In this document: one piece after another, positions 34,040 to 42,866 of the stretch | How positions within the stretch are numbered: the first letter of the stretch is position 1 | Layout: each line of letters opens with the position of its first letter | Assembly: GCA_963836185.1 (NCBI GenBank) | Contig: CAWIIQ010000001.1 | Span: forward strand, 32,001-96,000 | Direction of reading: 5' to 3' | Length of the DNA: 64,000 bases | Origin: Candidatus Krumholzibacteriia bacterium | GTDB taxonomy: Bacteria; Krumholzibacteriota; Krumholzibacteriia; Krumholzibacteriales; Krumholzibacteriaceae | Notes under the pieces: model-generated | Told to the model about the DNA's origin: nothing | The model's database searches: none | Seen by the model: only the letters and a program-made list of their open reading frames with translations | Made by a program: the position numbers and the translations under genes

Positions 34040-35467
34040 ATGTCACTGCAGGTCTACAACAGGTACAAGGGTAGAAAAGAGGAGTTCCAGCCGGTCGAAG
34101 AGGGAAAGGTCGGGATCTATTTCTGCGGGATGACGGTCCAGGACAAGCCGCACATGGGGCATATGCTCGCCTTTGTCGCCGGCGACATGATAAGGCGCTA
34201 CCTGAAGTTCAGGGGGTACGATGTCAAGTATGTGCAGAATTTCACCGATGTAGACGACAAGATCATATCGAAGGCGAATGACGAGGGCATCGAGTTCACG
34301 GAAGTCGCCCAGAGAAATATAGACGAGTACTTCAGATTCGCCGGCGATCTCAATATCATGCCGGCGGACATCTATCCGAAGGCCACTGAACATATCGACG
34401 ATATAATCGGCCTGATAAAGAGACTCGAGGAGGAAGGGTTCGCCTACAAGGGCGGCAGCGACGTTTATTACCGTGTCAGGAAGTTCCCCGCATACGGGAA
34501 GCTCTCAGGCAGGATCATAGATGACCTGCAGTCCGGAGCTAGGATCGAAGTCGGTGATGAGAAAGAGGACCCCCTCGACTTTACTCTCTGGAAGGGAGCC
34601 AAGGAAGGGGAGCCGGCGTGGGATTCCCCCTGGGGGCCGGGTCGTCCGGGGTGGCATATCGAGTGCTCGGTGATGTCGATGAAGTATCTTGGAAACACAC
34701 TCGACATGCACGGCGGCGGGATGGACCTCGTCTTTCCGCATCACGAGAACGAGATCGCGCAGAGCGAGGCCGCCACGGGCAGCGAGTACGTGAAATATTG
34801 GATGCACAACGGCCTGCTCAACCTCAGCGGCGAGAAGATGTCGAAATCGACGGGGCATTTCTTCCTTATCGAGGACATACTGAAGGAGTTCTCCGGAGAA
34901 GTGGTAAGGTTCTACTTCCTTTCGACTCATTTCAGGAGCAACAGCGAGTTCGGGCGTGAACGGCTCGCGGAAGCTGCTGCCGGGTTCGAACGCATCCGCG
35001 AGTTCTGCACGAGGCTCGATGAGGCTCGCACGGCCTCGGAGGGCGGAGTTGGCTGGGACGACAGGATTAACGACCTTGTCAGCAAGGTCCGCGAGGATTT
35101 CATGGCCTCGATGGATGACGATTTCAACAGTGCCGAAGCGATAGGCCGCATATTCCATCTTATCCGGGAAGTTAATGTCATAACAGGCGGCGACATCGCG
35201 AAGCTCGCCGCATTTCCGGAATCGCTCGAGAAAATGCTCGGCGATTTCGAGACGTATGACTCGATCCTCGGACTCTTCGCCGAAGGCCTTCCAGGGGCAG
35301 GCACAGATATCCCCGATGAGGTCGTTCAGATGGTCAGGGACAGGGAAGAGGCGAGGAAATCGAAAGACTGGGCGAGGGCCGACGAGTTGCGGGACGCGGT
35401 CCTGGCGGCCGGCTTTACGATAGAGGACAGGGCTGAGGGGACGAGGATCAGTCGCTCGAAGAGTTGA
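34040..35467 (+). CDS. cysS: Cysteine--tRNA ligase
   Basis: CGMTV..HMGH, TDVDDKI, GRPGWHIECS, FPHHENE, KMSKS. Confidence 0.97.
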   Translation: MSLQVYNRYKGRKEEFQPVEEGKVGIYFCGMTVQDKPHMGHMLAFVAGDMIRRYLKFRGYDVKYVQNFTDVDDKIISKANDEGIEFTEVAQRNIDEYFRFAGDLNIMPADIYPKATEHIDDIIGLIKRLEEEGFAYKGGSDVYYRVRKFPAYGKLSGRIIDDLQSGARIEVGDEKEDPLDFTLWKGAKEGEPAWDSPWGPGRPGWHIECSVMSMKYLGNTLDMHGGGMDLVFPHHENEIAQSEAATGSEYVKYWMHNGLLNLSGEKMSKSTGHFFLIEDILKEFSGEVVRFYFLSTHFRSNSEFGRERLAEAAAGFERIREFCTRLDEARTASEGGVGWDDRINDLVSKVREDFMASMDDDFNSAEAIGRIFHLIREVNVITGGDIAKLAAFPESLEKMLGDFETYDSILGLFAEGLPGAGTDIPDEVVQMVRDREEARKSKDWARADELRDAVLAAGFTIEDRAEGTRISRSKS

Positions 35468-35936
35468 CGGGCATCAGGTCGCCCTTGGGCATCAACAGGA
35501 CCCAGAGCAGGATCGGAAGGAAAAAGTTGACCGTGAGGTTGAGGAACTCCGTTCCGGTCCAGAGCTGCTCGTTTCTCGTGAAAGCGCTCAGGAAAATGAA
35601 AAAGACGGTGATGATGTTGGCCGCCGTCAGTATGAGCACTCCGATCAGCGCCGGCCTGATCCTTTCCTTCCAGGCGACTCCATTTACCGCGATGACCAGC
35701 GAGAGATAGACTATCGGGTTCAGAGAGATCTCCTCGGTGACCTTGAGAGCGTTCTCCACGACAAGTGAGTTTCCGGTGAGGGCGACGAGCGGCTTCGCTC
35801 CGTACGCCACGACCAGGGTATAGTATCTCCCCGTGAACATCCAGGCGGTATAGAGCACAAGCGAGACGACGATAAACCGGACGAAGAAGATGAGGATCCT
35901 CTTCATGTCGGGCCTTCTTTCTCCCGCATCAGCCAT
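35448..35936 (-). CDS. Exosortase-associated integral membrane protein (exosortase-like layout, no catalytic Cys)
   Basis: About four TM segments with a WKERI..ALIG..IL pattern like exosortase TM cores; no Cys; directly downstream of the exosortase. Start could be 35906. Confidence 0.65.
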   Translation of the reverse strand: MADAGERRPDMKRILIFFVRFIVVSLVLYTAWMFTGRYYTLVVAYGAKPLVALTGNSLVVENALKVTEEISLNPIVYLSLVIAVNGVAWKERIRPALIGVLILTAANIITVFFIFLSAFTRNEQLWTGTEFLNLTVNFFLPILLWVLLMPKGDLMPVNSSSD

Positions 35937-35942
35937 ATCCGC

Positions 35943-36530
35943 CTATCCTGCCTTTCTCGGCTTGACGATCTTTGCCATCCAGAATATCACAAGCAGGAGC
36001 ATGAAGATGACGAAAATGACCTGCCAGAAGTATCCGTGGAAGAACCCGAACAGCTCTCTCTTGTGAAAAAGGACGAGAGAGACGACGACCATCCGGATCA
36101 GGTTGAGCAGATGGATGGCGGGGATCCCGATCAGCAGCCCGATCACCTTCTCCTTGATGCTTGCGGGGTATGCCCCGATGATCGAGAAATAGATCATCTT
36201 GGTATAGATGCCCGTGCATTCTGTGATGACGATGAGTCTCTCTCCGCCATGATCCGTATGGAATGTGAAAATGTTGCCGATGCGGGTAAACCAGTAGTTC
36301 AGTCTGTCGAGGACCCAGGCGAGCTCACTCGAAACGAGAAGCTGCATCGAGCCAGGTTCATGCGGATCATTCATCCCGTGAAGAAATCCGGGGATCCTTT
36401 TCGTCATTAAATAGGAAAAAAGCCAGAGGGCAAAGAAGAGAATCAGGAATACGATAAAATCCCTGCGGAAGGATCTTGAAATCCTTCGCGCCTCTCCCGT
36501 TTGACCTTCTGGCTTCTTTCCGTGGCCCAA
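35943..36530 (-). CDS. Exosortase/archaeosortase-family transpeptidase (XrtH-like)
   Basis: Multi-TM protein with ITECTG (Cys), LLNLIR (Arg) and FHGYFWQ (His) in family order; AYPAS..EK..G..IG pattern. Confidence 0.88.
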   Translation of the reverse strand: MGHGKKPEGQTGEARRISRSFRRDFIVFLILFFALWLFSYLMTKRIPGFLHGMNDPHEPGSMQLLVSSELAWVLDRLNYWFTRIGNIFTFHTDHGGERLIVITECTGIYTKMIYFSIIGAYPASIKEKVIGLLIGIPAIHLLNLIRMVVVSLVLFHKRELFGFFHGYFWQVIFVIFMLLLVIFWMAKIVKPRKAG

Positions 36531-36575
36531 CCGTTACTCTTTCAATACCTCACGATATAATCGGCAATTCGGTTC

Positions 36576-37526
36576 CTAGGCCTTGCTTACAGCGTGCCTC
36601 TTCATAATGACGGCGGCAGCGAGGATCATGGCAAGAACCAGGATCGTCACGACCGGAGCAGTGAAGAGAGGTACGGGGACAGGCTCGACTACGTGGATCG
36701 CCTGAACGCAGGTATCGTATACGGTGCCGGTGGCGGCATCCCATGCGATGATCGTCAGGGTGTCGTAATCGCAGACTGCGGCAGCGCCAGCATTGACGAT
36801 ACCATAAACGTCCCCACATGTTCCACCAACGACGCCTACGATCGTCTCAGACACTGCAAGCGCGGGGCCTACAACGCCGAGGCTCGTGATCGTGTAGTCA
36901 TAGTCGGTCGGCGGAGCACAAGGATCACCATTGCAGATCGCGAACGGGATGTAACCGGCGGTCACGCCCTGCTCGATGAAGTACAGGGTGTCCTGAAGGA
37001 TGGACAGTGCCGGAGGTGACTCCACGATCTCGATCGTCATGGTGTCGATCCAGTGGCGAAGTGTGCCACTGTAGTAACTGTCCTCACAGTCGCCACTGTC
37101 AGGCTGGCAAATGAGGTCGGTATCGCTGAAGCACTGGATCGCGATGACCATGTTGGTCGTACCGACGGTGACCGAGCAGGGAACCGTGATACAGGTCTCG
37201 TCCGGCCAGTAGTTGCCAGCGCCAAGCGTGAACGGACCATATACGCCAAACTCTTCCTCTTCAGACCAGGGGTTCGTCATCGTCCAGCCGAGCTCATCGG
37301 AAAGGACTACGCAGAACGTATCCGGATTGGGGCAGATCGAACCGGCGAGGAAGCCAAAGTTCGTAGGAGCAAGACCGAAGCATGCGGTCTCGCCAGCGAT
37401 CATTGTGGCGTCGCCACCGAATCCGTAAAAGAATCCGGGGTCGCCATCTTTGACCACGATGGCTGAGTTGGCAGCGACAGGAAGCAGCATCGTTATGGCA
37501 AGCGCCATGATTGCGAGCTTCTTCAT
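36576..37526 (-). CDS. Cys-rich acidic surface protein with C-terminal sorting signal (VPVPLF-TM-KR)
   Basis: SD GGAGGT; signal peptide MKKLAIMALAITMLLPVAANSA; 13 Cys; ends VEPVPVPLFTAPVVTILVLAMILAAAVIMKRHAVSKA; 45 bp upstream of the exosortase. Confidence 0.85.
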   Translation of the reverse strand: MKKLAIMALAITMLLPVAANSAIVVKDGDPGFFYGFGGDATMIAGETACFGLAPTNFGFLAGSICPNPDTFCVVLSDELGWTMTNPWSEEEEFGVYGPFTLGAGNYWPDETCITVPCSVTVGTTNMVIAIQCFSDTDLICQPDSGDCEDSYYSGTLRHWIDTMTIEIVESPPALSILQDTLYFIEQGVTAGYIPFAICNGDPCAPPTDYDYTITSLGVVGPALAVSETIVGVVGGTCGDVYGIVNAGAAAVCDYDTLTIIAWDAATGTVYDTCVQAIHVVEPVPVPLFTAPVVTILVLAMILAAAVIMKRHAVSKA

Positions 37527-37876
37527 TTTCGAAACCTCCAAGTTGAACAGTGAAGAAGTCATCCCTTTCGGGAATGTCGTCTTCGGATTAACAGACTTGA
37601 TTGGCCTGTCGGTGGTTTCTGCGGATTTGAAACAACCCGCGACCGGCCGCCAGGGTCAGAGCGTTATAGGTGCCCGTTGATTTACTGTCTGTTCTATCCT
37701 CCTTATCGGGTCAGCCCCTCTCGGGCATCGCGGTGAAACCGGGAAACGCACGTAAAGACATGACCGCCCCTACGCTCGATTCGATGGGTTTCCTTCCCGT
37801 TCAAAATTTCCCTACCGTACTGCTTCGTGAAGTATGCGGCAGGCCCTGGGCCTGAAGCGTACCTACCGACACTCAT

Positions 37877-37906
37877 ATATTACCACGGTCCTGCCGGATC
37901 CGTCAA
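37877..37906 (-). promoter_or_regulatory. Putative promoter for the surface protein/exosortase cassette
   Basis: Minus strand TTGACG-18 nt-TAATAT with extended -10 TG. Confidence 0.55.
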
Positions 37907-38235
37907 GTGTAAAATCCGCCCTTTAAAGAATATCCGTTGCCTCGAGGCCGGCTGTCCGTCTGCTCGGAATCCCCTCTGCGATCGAGCTGAAAATCACTGC
38001 CCGAGACACCGGGCCGCGAGGGATTCTACGCAGGCGGACAGCCGGGCACTCATTCAATAGAACCCCGAGAAGAGCAAAATAATTCAAAAAAAATATGATC
38101 CGGCGGGACAGCGGGTTCTTTCTTCCCCGTAAGCTTCCTTATTTCAGCGCTTTAGGCGGTGTGTTGGGTCTGGCGGGGATTTTTTGAAATCCCTGATCAT
38201 GCCGGCAGCCGACTGAGCCGGCCTGGAGCGAGTGT

Positions 38236-38244
38236 TTATCCACA
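38236..38244 (+). promoter_or_regulatory. Consensus DnaA box
   Basis: TTATCCACA exact match; a degenerate inverted copy TGTGGAAAT at 38259-38267. Confidence 0.4.
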
Positions 38245-38459
38245 GGCAGGGTGCATATTGTGGAAATCTCGAATATTTGTTGGTATGTAAAGAGTTAGGG
38301 TGTAGTGGGGCTTTCAGGGCCGGCGGAGTGTCCCGGGGCTGGAACAGGCCCGTGAGAATCCCTCGCGATCTTGTACGTTCCAGGGGGGTGTTGTTTCCTC
38401 GATCATAGAGGGGATTCCGAGGGCCCATCCCGGACCCCTCACCAGAGTTATTTTTTTTC

Positions 38460-38488
38460 TTGACAGTGAGTAAGGGCAAACGTATTAT
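38460..38488 (+). promoter_or_regulatory. Strong sigma70 promoter of the tRNA-tuf operon
   Basis: TTGACA-17 nt-TATTAT preceded by a T-tract (UP-element-like). Confidence 0.8.
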
Positions 38489-38528
38489 TCAGAACCTGAA
38501 ATTTAATCGGGGGCGTAATGCGCCCTAC

Positions 38529-38604
38529 GCTGGCGTAGCTCAATTGGTAGAGCAGCTGATTTGTAATCAGCAGGTTGGGGGTTCAAGTCCCTTCGCCAGC
38601 TCCA
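38529..38604 (+). tRNA. tRNA-Thr (TGT)
   Basis: Cloverleaf GCTGGCG/CGCCAGC, anticodon loop TTTGTAA, GTTCAAG T-loop, CCA end. Confidence 0.97.
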
Positions 38605-38726
38605 TGAGACTGAGTGGCCGGGGAAATTTTCCTTTCAATAAATACAGGAAAATTTTGAGGAGAAATACGGCCGGTAGGGATTTTTTGTCTTTACTCGGCT
38701 GGCCGGTCCTTCAGCGATAGATTCCC

Positions 38727-38811
38727 GGGGAGGTTCCCGAGCGGTCAAAGGGAACAGACTGTAAATCTGTCGGCGAAGCCTTCGGAGGTTCGAATCCTCC
38801 CCTCCCCACCA
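38727..38811 (+). tRNA. tRNA-Tyr (GTA)
   Basis: GGGGAGG/CCTCCCC acceptor, loop CTGTAAA, long variable arm, CCA end. Confidence 0.97.
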
Positions 38812-38862
38812 CGGATTCAAGAGCGGCACTGCCGCAAGGTGGATCGCTGTCTTGATAAAGGA

Positions 38863-38938
38863 GCGGGAGTAGCTCAGTTGGTAGAGCATCAGCCTTCCAA
38901 GCTGAGGGTCGCGGGTTCGAATCCCGTTTCCCGCTCCA
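38863..38938 (+). tRNA. tRNA-Gly (TCC)
   Basis: GCGGGAG acceptor, loop CTTCCAA, GTTCGAA, CCA end. Confidence 0.97.
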
Positions 38939-38960
38939 TATAGATGAGAGAGAACGGGAA

Positions 38961-39036
38961 GCCCACGTAGCTCAGATGGTAGAGCACTTCCTTGGTAAGG
39001 ACGAGGTCACCGGTTCAAATCCGGTCGTGGGCTCCA
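38961..39036 (+). tRNA. tRNA-Thr (GGT)
   Basis: GCCCACG/CGTGGGC acceptor, loop TTGGTAA, CCA end; one mismatch in the anticodon stem. Confidence 0.94.
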
Positions 39037-39070
39037 GTAATTAACCTTCCAGAGCAGGAGGAAGTTCTCC

Positions 39071-40265
39071 ATGGCCAAGGAGAAGTTTGAACGCAACAAG
39101 CCCCACGTAAACGTGGGAACGATCGGGCATGTCGATCATGGCAAGACCACGCTGACGGCAGCGATAACGAAGCATCTCTCCTCGAAGGGCATGGCGAACT
39201 TCGTGCCGTTCGACGAGATCGACAAGGCTCCCGAAGAGCGCGAGCGCGGGATCACGATCGCGACGGCTCACGTGGAGTACGAGACGGAGAACAGGCACTA
39301 CGCACACGTAGACTGCCCGGGACACGCCGATTACATCAAGAACATGATCACGGGCGCCGCGCAGATGGACGGCGGCATCGTGGTGGTATCGGCCGCAGAC
39401 GGTCCGATGCCTCAGACGAGGGAGCACATCCTCCTGGCTCGCCAGGTGAACGTGCCCTACCTGGTGATCTACATGAACAAGGTTGATCATGGTAGACGAC
39501 CCCGAGCTACTCGACCTGGTCGAGCTCGAGGTCAGGGAGCTACTGAGCGAGTACGATTTCCCCGGCGACGACATTCCGATCATCCGCGGGAGCGCTCTTC
39601 AGGCTCTGAACAGCGAAGACGCGGACAGCGAGGAAGTCAAGAGCATCTGGGAGCTGATGGACGCGATCGACAGTTACATACCGACGCCCGAGCGTGACAC
39701 GGACAAGCCGTTCCTGATGCCTATCGAGGACGTGTTCTCGATCACGGGGCGCGGCACGGTAGGTACCGGGCGTATCGAGCGCGGGATCGTCAAGGTGGGA
39801 GAGGCAGTAGAGGTGATCGGGATCAGGGACACGCAGAAGACCGTAGTGACCGGAGTCGAGATGTTCCGCAAGCTTCTCGACGAGGGTATGGCGGGCGACA
39901 ACGTGGGCCTGCTTCTTCGCGGGATGGACAAGGACAAGCTCGACCGCGGGATGGTCGTGGCGAAGCCCGGGTCGATCACACCTCACCTGAAGTTCAGGGG
40001 CAAGGTGTACGTGTTGAAGAAAGAGGAGGGCGGGCGACACACCCCGTTCTTCAACGGATATCGTCCGCAGTTCTATTTCAGGACGACGGATGTGACGGGA
40101 GTGGCGACGCTTCCCGAAGGGACCGAGATGGTAATGCCCGGCGATGATGTGGAGCTGTACATCGAGCTCATCACGCCGATAGCTATGGAGAAGGAACTTC
40201 GGTTTGCGATCCGTGAGGGCGGCAGGACCGTCGGTGCGGGTGTCGTGACCGAAATCGTAGAATAG
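39071..40265 (+). CDS. tuf: Elongation factor Tu, copy 1 (1-nt insertion at ~39490)
   Basis: [29 protein letters not shown]; near-identical to 55401-56594. Confidence 0.97.
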
Positions 40266-40269
40266 CGGG
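39071..40269 (+). repeat. ~1.2 kb direct repeat (tuf copy 1 vs copy 2 at 55401-56598)
   Basis: By eye the copies differ only in codons 2-3 and the extra T at 39490; identity runs through TAGCGGG. Confidence 0.9.
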
Positions 40270-40280
40270 GACTGGTCAAG

Positions 40281-40430
40281 ATGAGAGATCTGGCAATACT
40301 TGCCTGCGGCGAGTGCAAAAACAGAAATTACACGACGACGAAGAACAAGCGTCTTCATCCGGACAGACTCGAGCACAAGAAATACTGTCCGTTCTGCCGC
40401 AAGCACACAAAGCATAAGGAAACGCGCTAG
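40281..40430 (+). CDS. rpmG: 50S ribosomal protein bL33 (Zn-binding type; below the ORF-track cutoff)
   Basis: [49 protein letters not shown]. Confidence 0.96.
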   Translation: MRDLAILACGECKNRNYTTTKNKRLHPDRLEHKKYCPFCRKHTKHKETR

Positions 40431-40531
40431 AACCCGCGTTTTTAGAGGGCGGACACGACTCGGCGGCGCTTCGCGTCGCGGAGGTGCGGGTGTGTTGTCC
40501 GTCATGGTACCGTTCAGGAACGGAGAACCGT

Positions 40532-40720
40532 ATGTTCGAGAAGATCAGAAAGTTTTTCAGCGAGATCGTAGCCGAGTTGAAGAAAGTGACCTGGCCTACT
40601 CGCGATGAACTTAAGGAATCGACAAAACTCGTGATCATAGCAACCTTCGTGGTGACTCTGTTCGTCGGCCTGGTGGATCAGCTTCTGACGCTGCTCATCA
40701 GGCGGCTCCTCGGATGGTAA
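40532..40720 (+). CDS. secE: Preprotein translocase SecE
   Basis: ELKKVTWPTRDEL followed by one TM. Confidence 0.95.
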   Translation: MFEKIRKFFSEIVAELKKVTWPTRDELKESTKLVIIATFVVTLFVGLVDQLLTLLIRRLLGW

Positions 40721-40752
40721 CCTGAGCTGTTCTTGCAGACGGGATAAACACG

Positions 40753-41637
40753 ATGAACGAGGATACGACTAAAAACGAGGGGACCGAAAAGTCCCCCGAT
40801 GAAGTAATCATCTCTTCAGAAGAGCCGGAAACGGTCGCTGAAGAGGCGGGCGCCGTCATGCCTGAAGAGCTTTTCGATGAAGAGATGCTCGACAGCGAGG
40901 ACGACGATACCCCGCAGGAGGAATCGACGGAGGCTCCCGAAACCGAGGAGATCGCTTCCAACTCCGAGGAAGAGGCGGAGCCCGTTGACAAGGGGGAGGA
41001 ACCGGACGCGGAAACGGCCGGAGATACCCCCGAACCCGGAGAAACCCCGCAGGCTGAAGAAGCAGTGGCGGAGGGTGGCACCGATGTGGACGGTGCCGGT
41101 ATCGGTGCGAAAAAAATGCGCTGGTACGTCCTTCACACTTACTCCGGCCGGGAGGCAAAGGTCCGGGATACGATCGAGCGCCTGATCAGGGCTTCCGATA
41201 TGGAAGACCGGTTCGGCAAGGTTCTCGTAGCCACCGAAGAAGTGGCTGAGATGAAGAAGGGCAAGAAGACCGTTTCGAAGCGGAAGCTTTTTCCCAGCTA
41301 CATACTCATCGAGATGGAGATGACGAACGAGACGTGGAGTCTCATCGAAAACGTCCCCGGCGTAACACATTTCGTCGGCGGGGGCACGAAGCCTTTTCCC
41401 ATTCCGAAGAAGGAAGTCGACAGGATCCTTGGCCGGATGGAGAAGAAAGAGGGGATCATCCCCGAGGTCCCGTTCACGATCGGCGAACACGTCAGCGTGG
41501 TCGACGGACCCTTCTCCGAGTTTACCGGCATAGTCGACGAGATAAATCCGGAAAGGGGAAAGCTCAAGGTCCTCGTAAGCATTTTCGGGAGAGAGACCCC
41601 GGTCGAGCTCGACTTCCTTCAGGTCAAACCTCTATAG
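40753..41637 (+). CDS. nusG: Transcription factor NusG with ~120-aa acidic N-terminal extension
   Basis: [45 protein letters not shown]. Confidence 0.95.
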   Translation: MNEDTTKNEGTEKSPDEVIISSEEPETVAEEAGAVMPEELFDEEMLDSEDDDTPQEESTEAPETEEIASNSEEEAEPVDKGEEPDAETAGDTPEPGETPQAEEAVAEGGTDVDGAGIGAKKMRWYVLHTYSGREAKVRDTIERLIRASDMEDRFGKVLVATEEVAEMKKGKKTVSKRKLFPSYILIEMEMTNETWSLIENVPGVTHFVGGGTKPFPIPKKEVDRILGRMEKKEGIIPEVPFTIGEHVSVVDGPFSEFTGIVDEINPERGKLKVLVSIFGRETPVELDFLQVKPL

Positions 41638-41695
41638 CAAGGGCAGACCGCCGGAACGAGGGCGCTCCGTTAATCAAACAGGAGCAGAAGATCCT

Positions 41696-42133
41696 ATGGC
41701 TAAGAAGTCAAAGAAGAAAGTGCTCAAGATCATCAAGCTACAGATCCCCGGCGGCCAGGCAACGCCTGCGCCTCCAGTGGGGCCGGCGCTTGGACAGATG
41801 CAGGTCAGCTCGGTGGACTTCTGCAAGCAGTTCAACGCCGCGACGACGAGCATGACGGGAACGATCGTCCCTGTGGAGATCACAGTTTACGCGGACAAGA
41901 GTTTCTCCTTCATTACCAAGTCCCCTCCCGCATCCGAGATGCTGCGTAAGGCGGCCGGGATCGCGAAGGGCTCGGGAGAGCCAAACAAGGATAAGGTAGC
42001 GAAGATAAAGCATGCACAGGTCGAGGAGATCGCGAAGGCCAAGATGAAAGACCTCAACGCGTTCGATCTCGATGCGGCTGTAAGGATGATCGAGGGTTCA
42101 GCCCGTTCAATGGGCATAATCATCGAAGATTAA
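41696..42133 (+). CDS. rplK: 50S ribosomal protein uL11
   Basis: [26 protein letters not shown]. Confidence 0.97.
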   Translation: MAKKSKKKVLKIIKLQIPGGQATPAPPVGPALGQMQVSSVDFCKQFNAATTSMTGTIVPVEITVYADKSFSFITKSPPASEMLRKAAGIAKGSGEPNKDKVAKIKHAQVEEIAKAKMKDLNAFDLDAAVRMIEGSARSMGIIIED

Positions 42134-42150
42134 AAGAGAGTGGTCGAAAG

Positions 42151-42852
42151 ATGAAGCGCGGCAAGAAATACGATGAAAGCATGGCCCGTATCGATCGCAC
42201 GAGGGAATATCCCCTCGAAGAAGCGGTCGAGGTCATCAAGAACCTGCCCGCGGGAAATTTCGACGAAACGTTCGAGTTCTCGGCGAGGCTCGGTGTGAAC
42301 CCCAGGCATGCTGACCAGCAGGTCAGGGGTACCGTCCTGCTTCCTCATGGTACGGGCCGGGACGTTCGCGTCCTCGTTCTCACCAAGGGGGAGAAGGAGA
42401 TCGAAGCCAGTGAAGCCGGGGCCGACTTTGTCGGATCGGACGAATTCATCGAGAAGATAAAAGACGGTTGGTTCGAGTTCGATGTCGCTATCGCGACACC
42501 CGATATGATGGGTGAGGTAGGGAAACTGGGCCGTATCCTCGGTCCCAGGGGCCTTATGCCGAACCCGAAGGTCGGAACGGTCACATTCGATGTCGGCAAG
42601 GCGGTCAAGGACGCCAAGGCCGGCAAGATCGAATACCGTGTCGACAAGGGCTCGAACATTCACGTGCCGGTAGGCAAGGTTTCATTTGATAAGCAGAAAC
42701 TGGTCGAGAACATCCAGGCCCTCGTGCTGGAACTTCTCAGGGCGAAGCCCGCGTCGGCGAAAGGAAAGTATGTGCTCAGCCTGCACCTTTCCTCGACGAT
42801 GGGTCCGTCGGTGAAGCTTGACACAGCGGTTCTGCTGAACGAGCTGCGGTAG
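42151..42852 (+). CDS. rplA: 50S ribosomal protein uL1
   Basis: [35 protein letters not shown]. Confidence 0.97.
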   Translation: MKRGKKYDESMARIDRTREYPLEEAVEVIKNLPAGNFDETFEFSARLGVNPRHADQQVRGTVLLPHGTGRDVRVLVLTKGEKEIEASEAGADFVGSDEFIEKIKDGWFEFDVAIATPDMMGEVGKLGRILGPRGLMPNPKVGTVTFDVGKAVKDAKAGKIEYRVDKGSNIHVPVGKVSFDKQKLVENIQALVLELLRAKPASAKGKYVLSLHLSSTMGPSVKLDTAVLLNELR

Positions 42853-42866
42853 AAAGGAGGTCGGAT

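Noticed and set aside
37527-37870. c-di-GMP or other known riboswitch in the surface-protein leader
   Set aside because: I could not find the GEMM-I GGCAAA...GAAA...GACGCAAAG pattern or another recognisable aptamer by eye; an Rfam scan would settle it.
37907-38459. oriC
   Set aside because: Only one perfect DnaA box, no dnaA/dnaN/gidA context and no change in gene orientation bias; kept only as a low-interest regulatory note.
35448-38604. Genomic island integrated at tRNA-Thr
   Set aside because: No integrase or transposase and no duplicated tRNA 3' end; the cassette lies upstream of the tRNA promoter.
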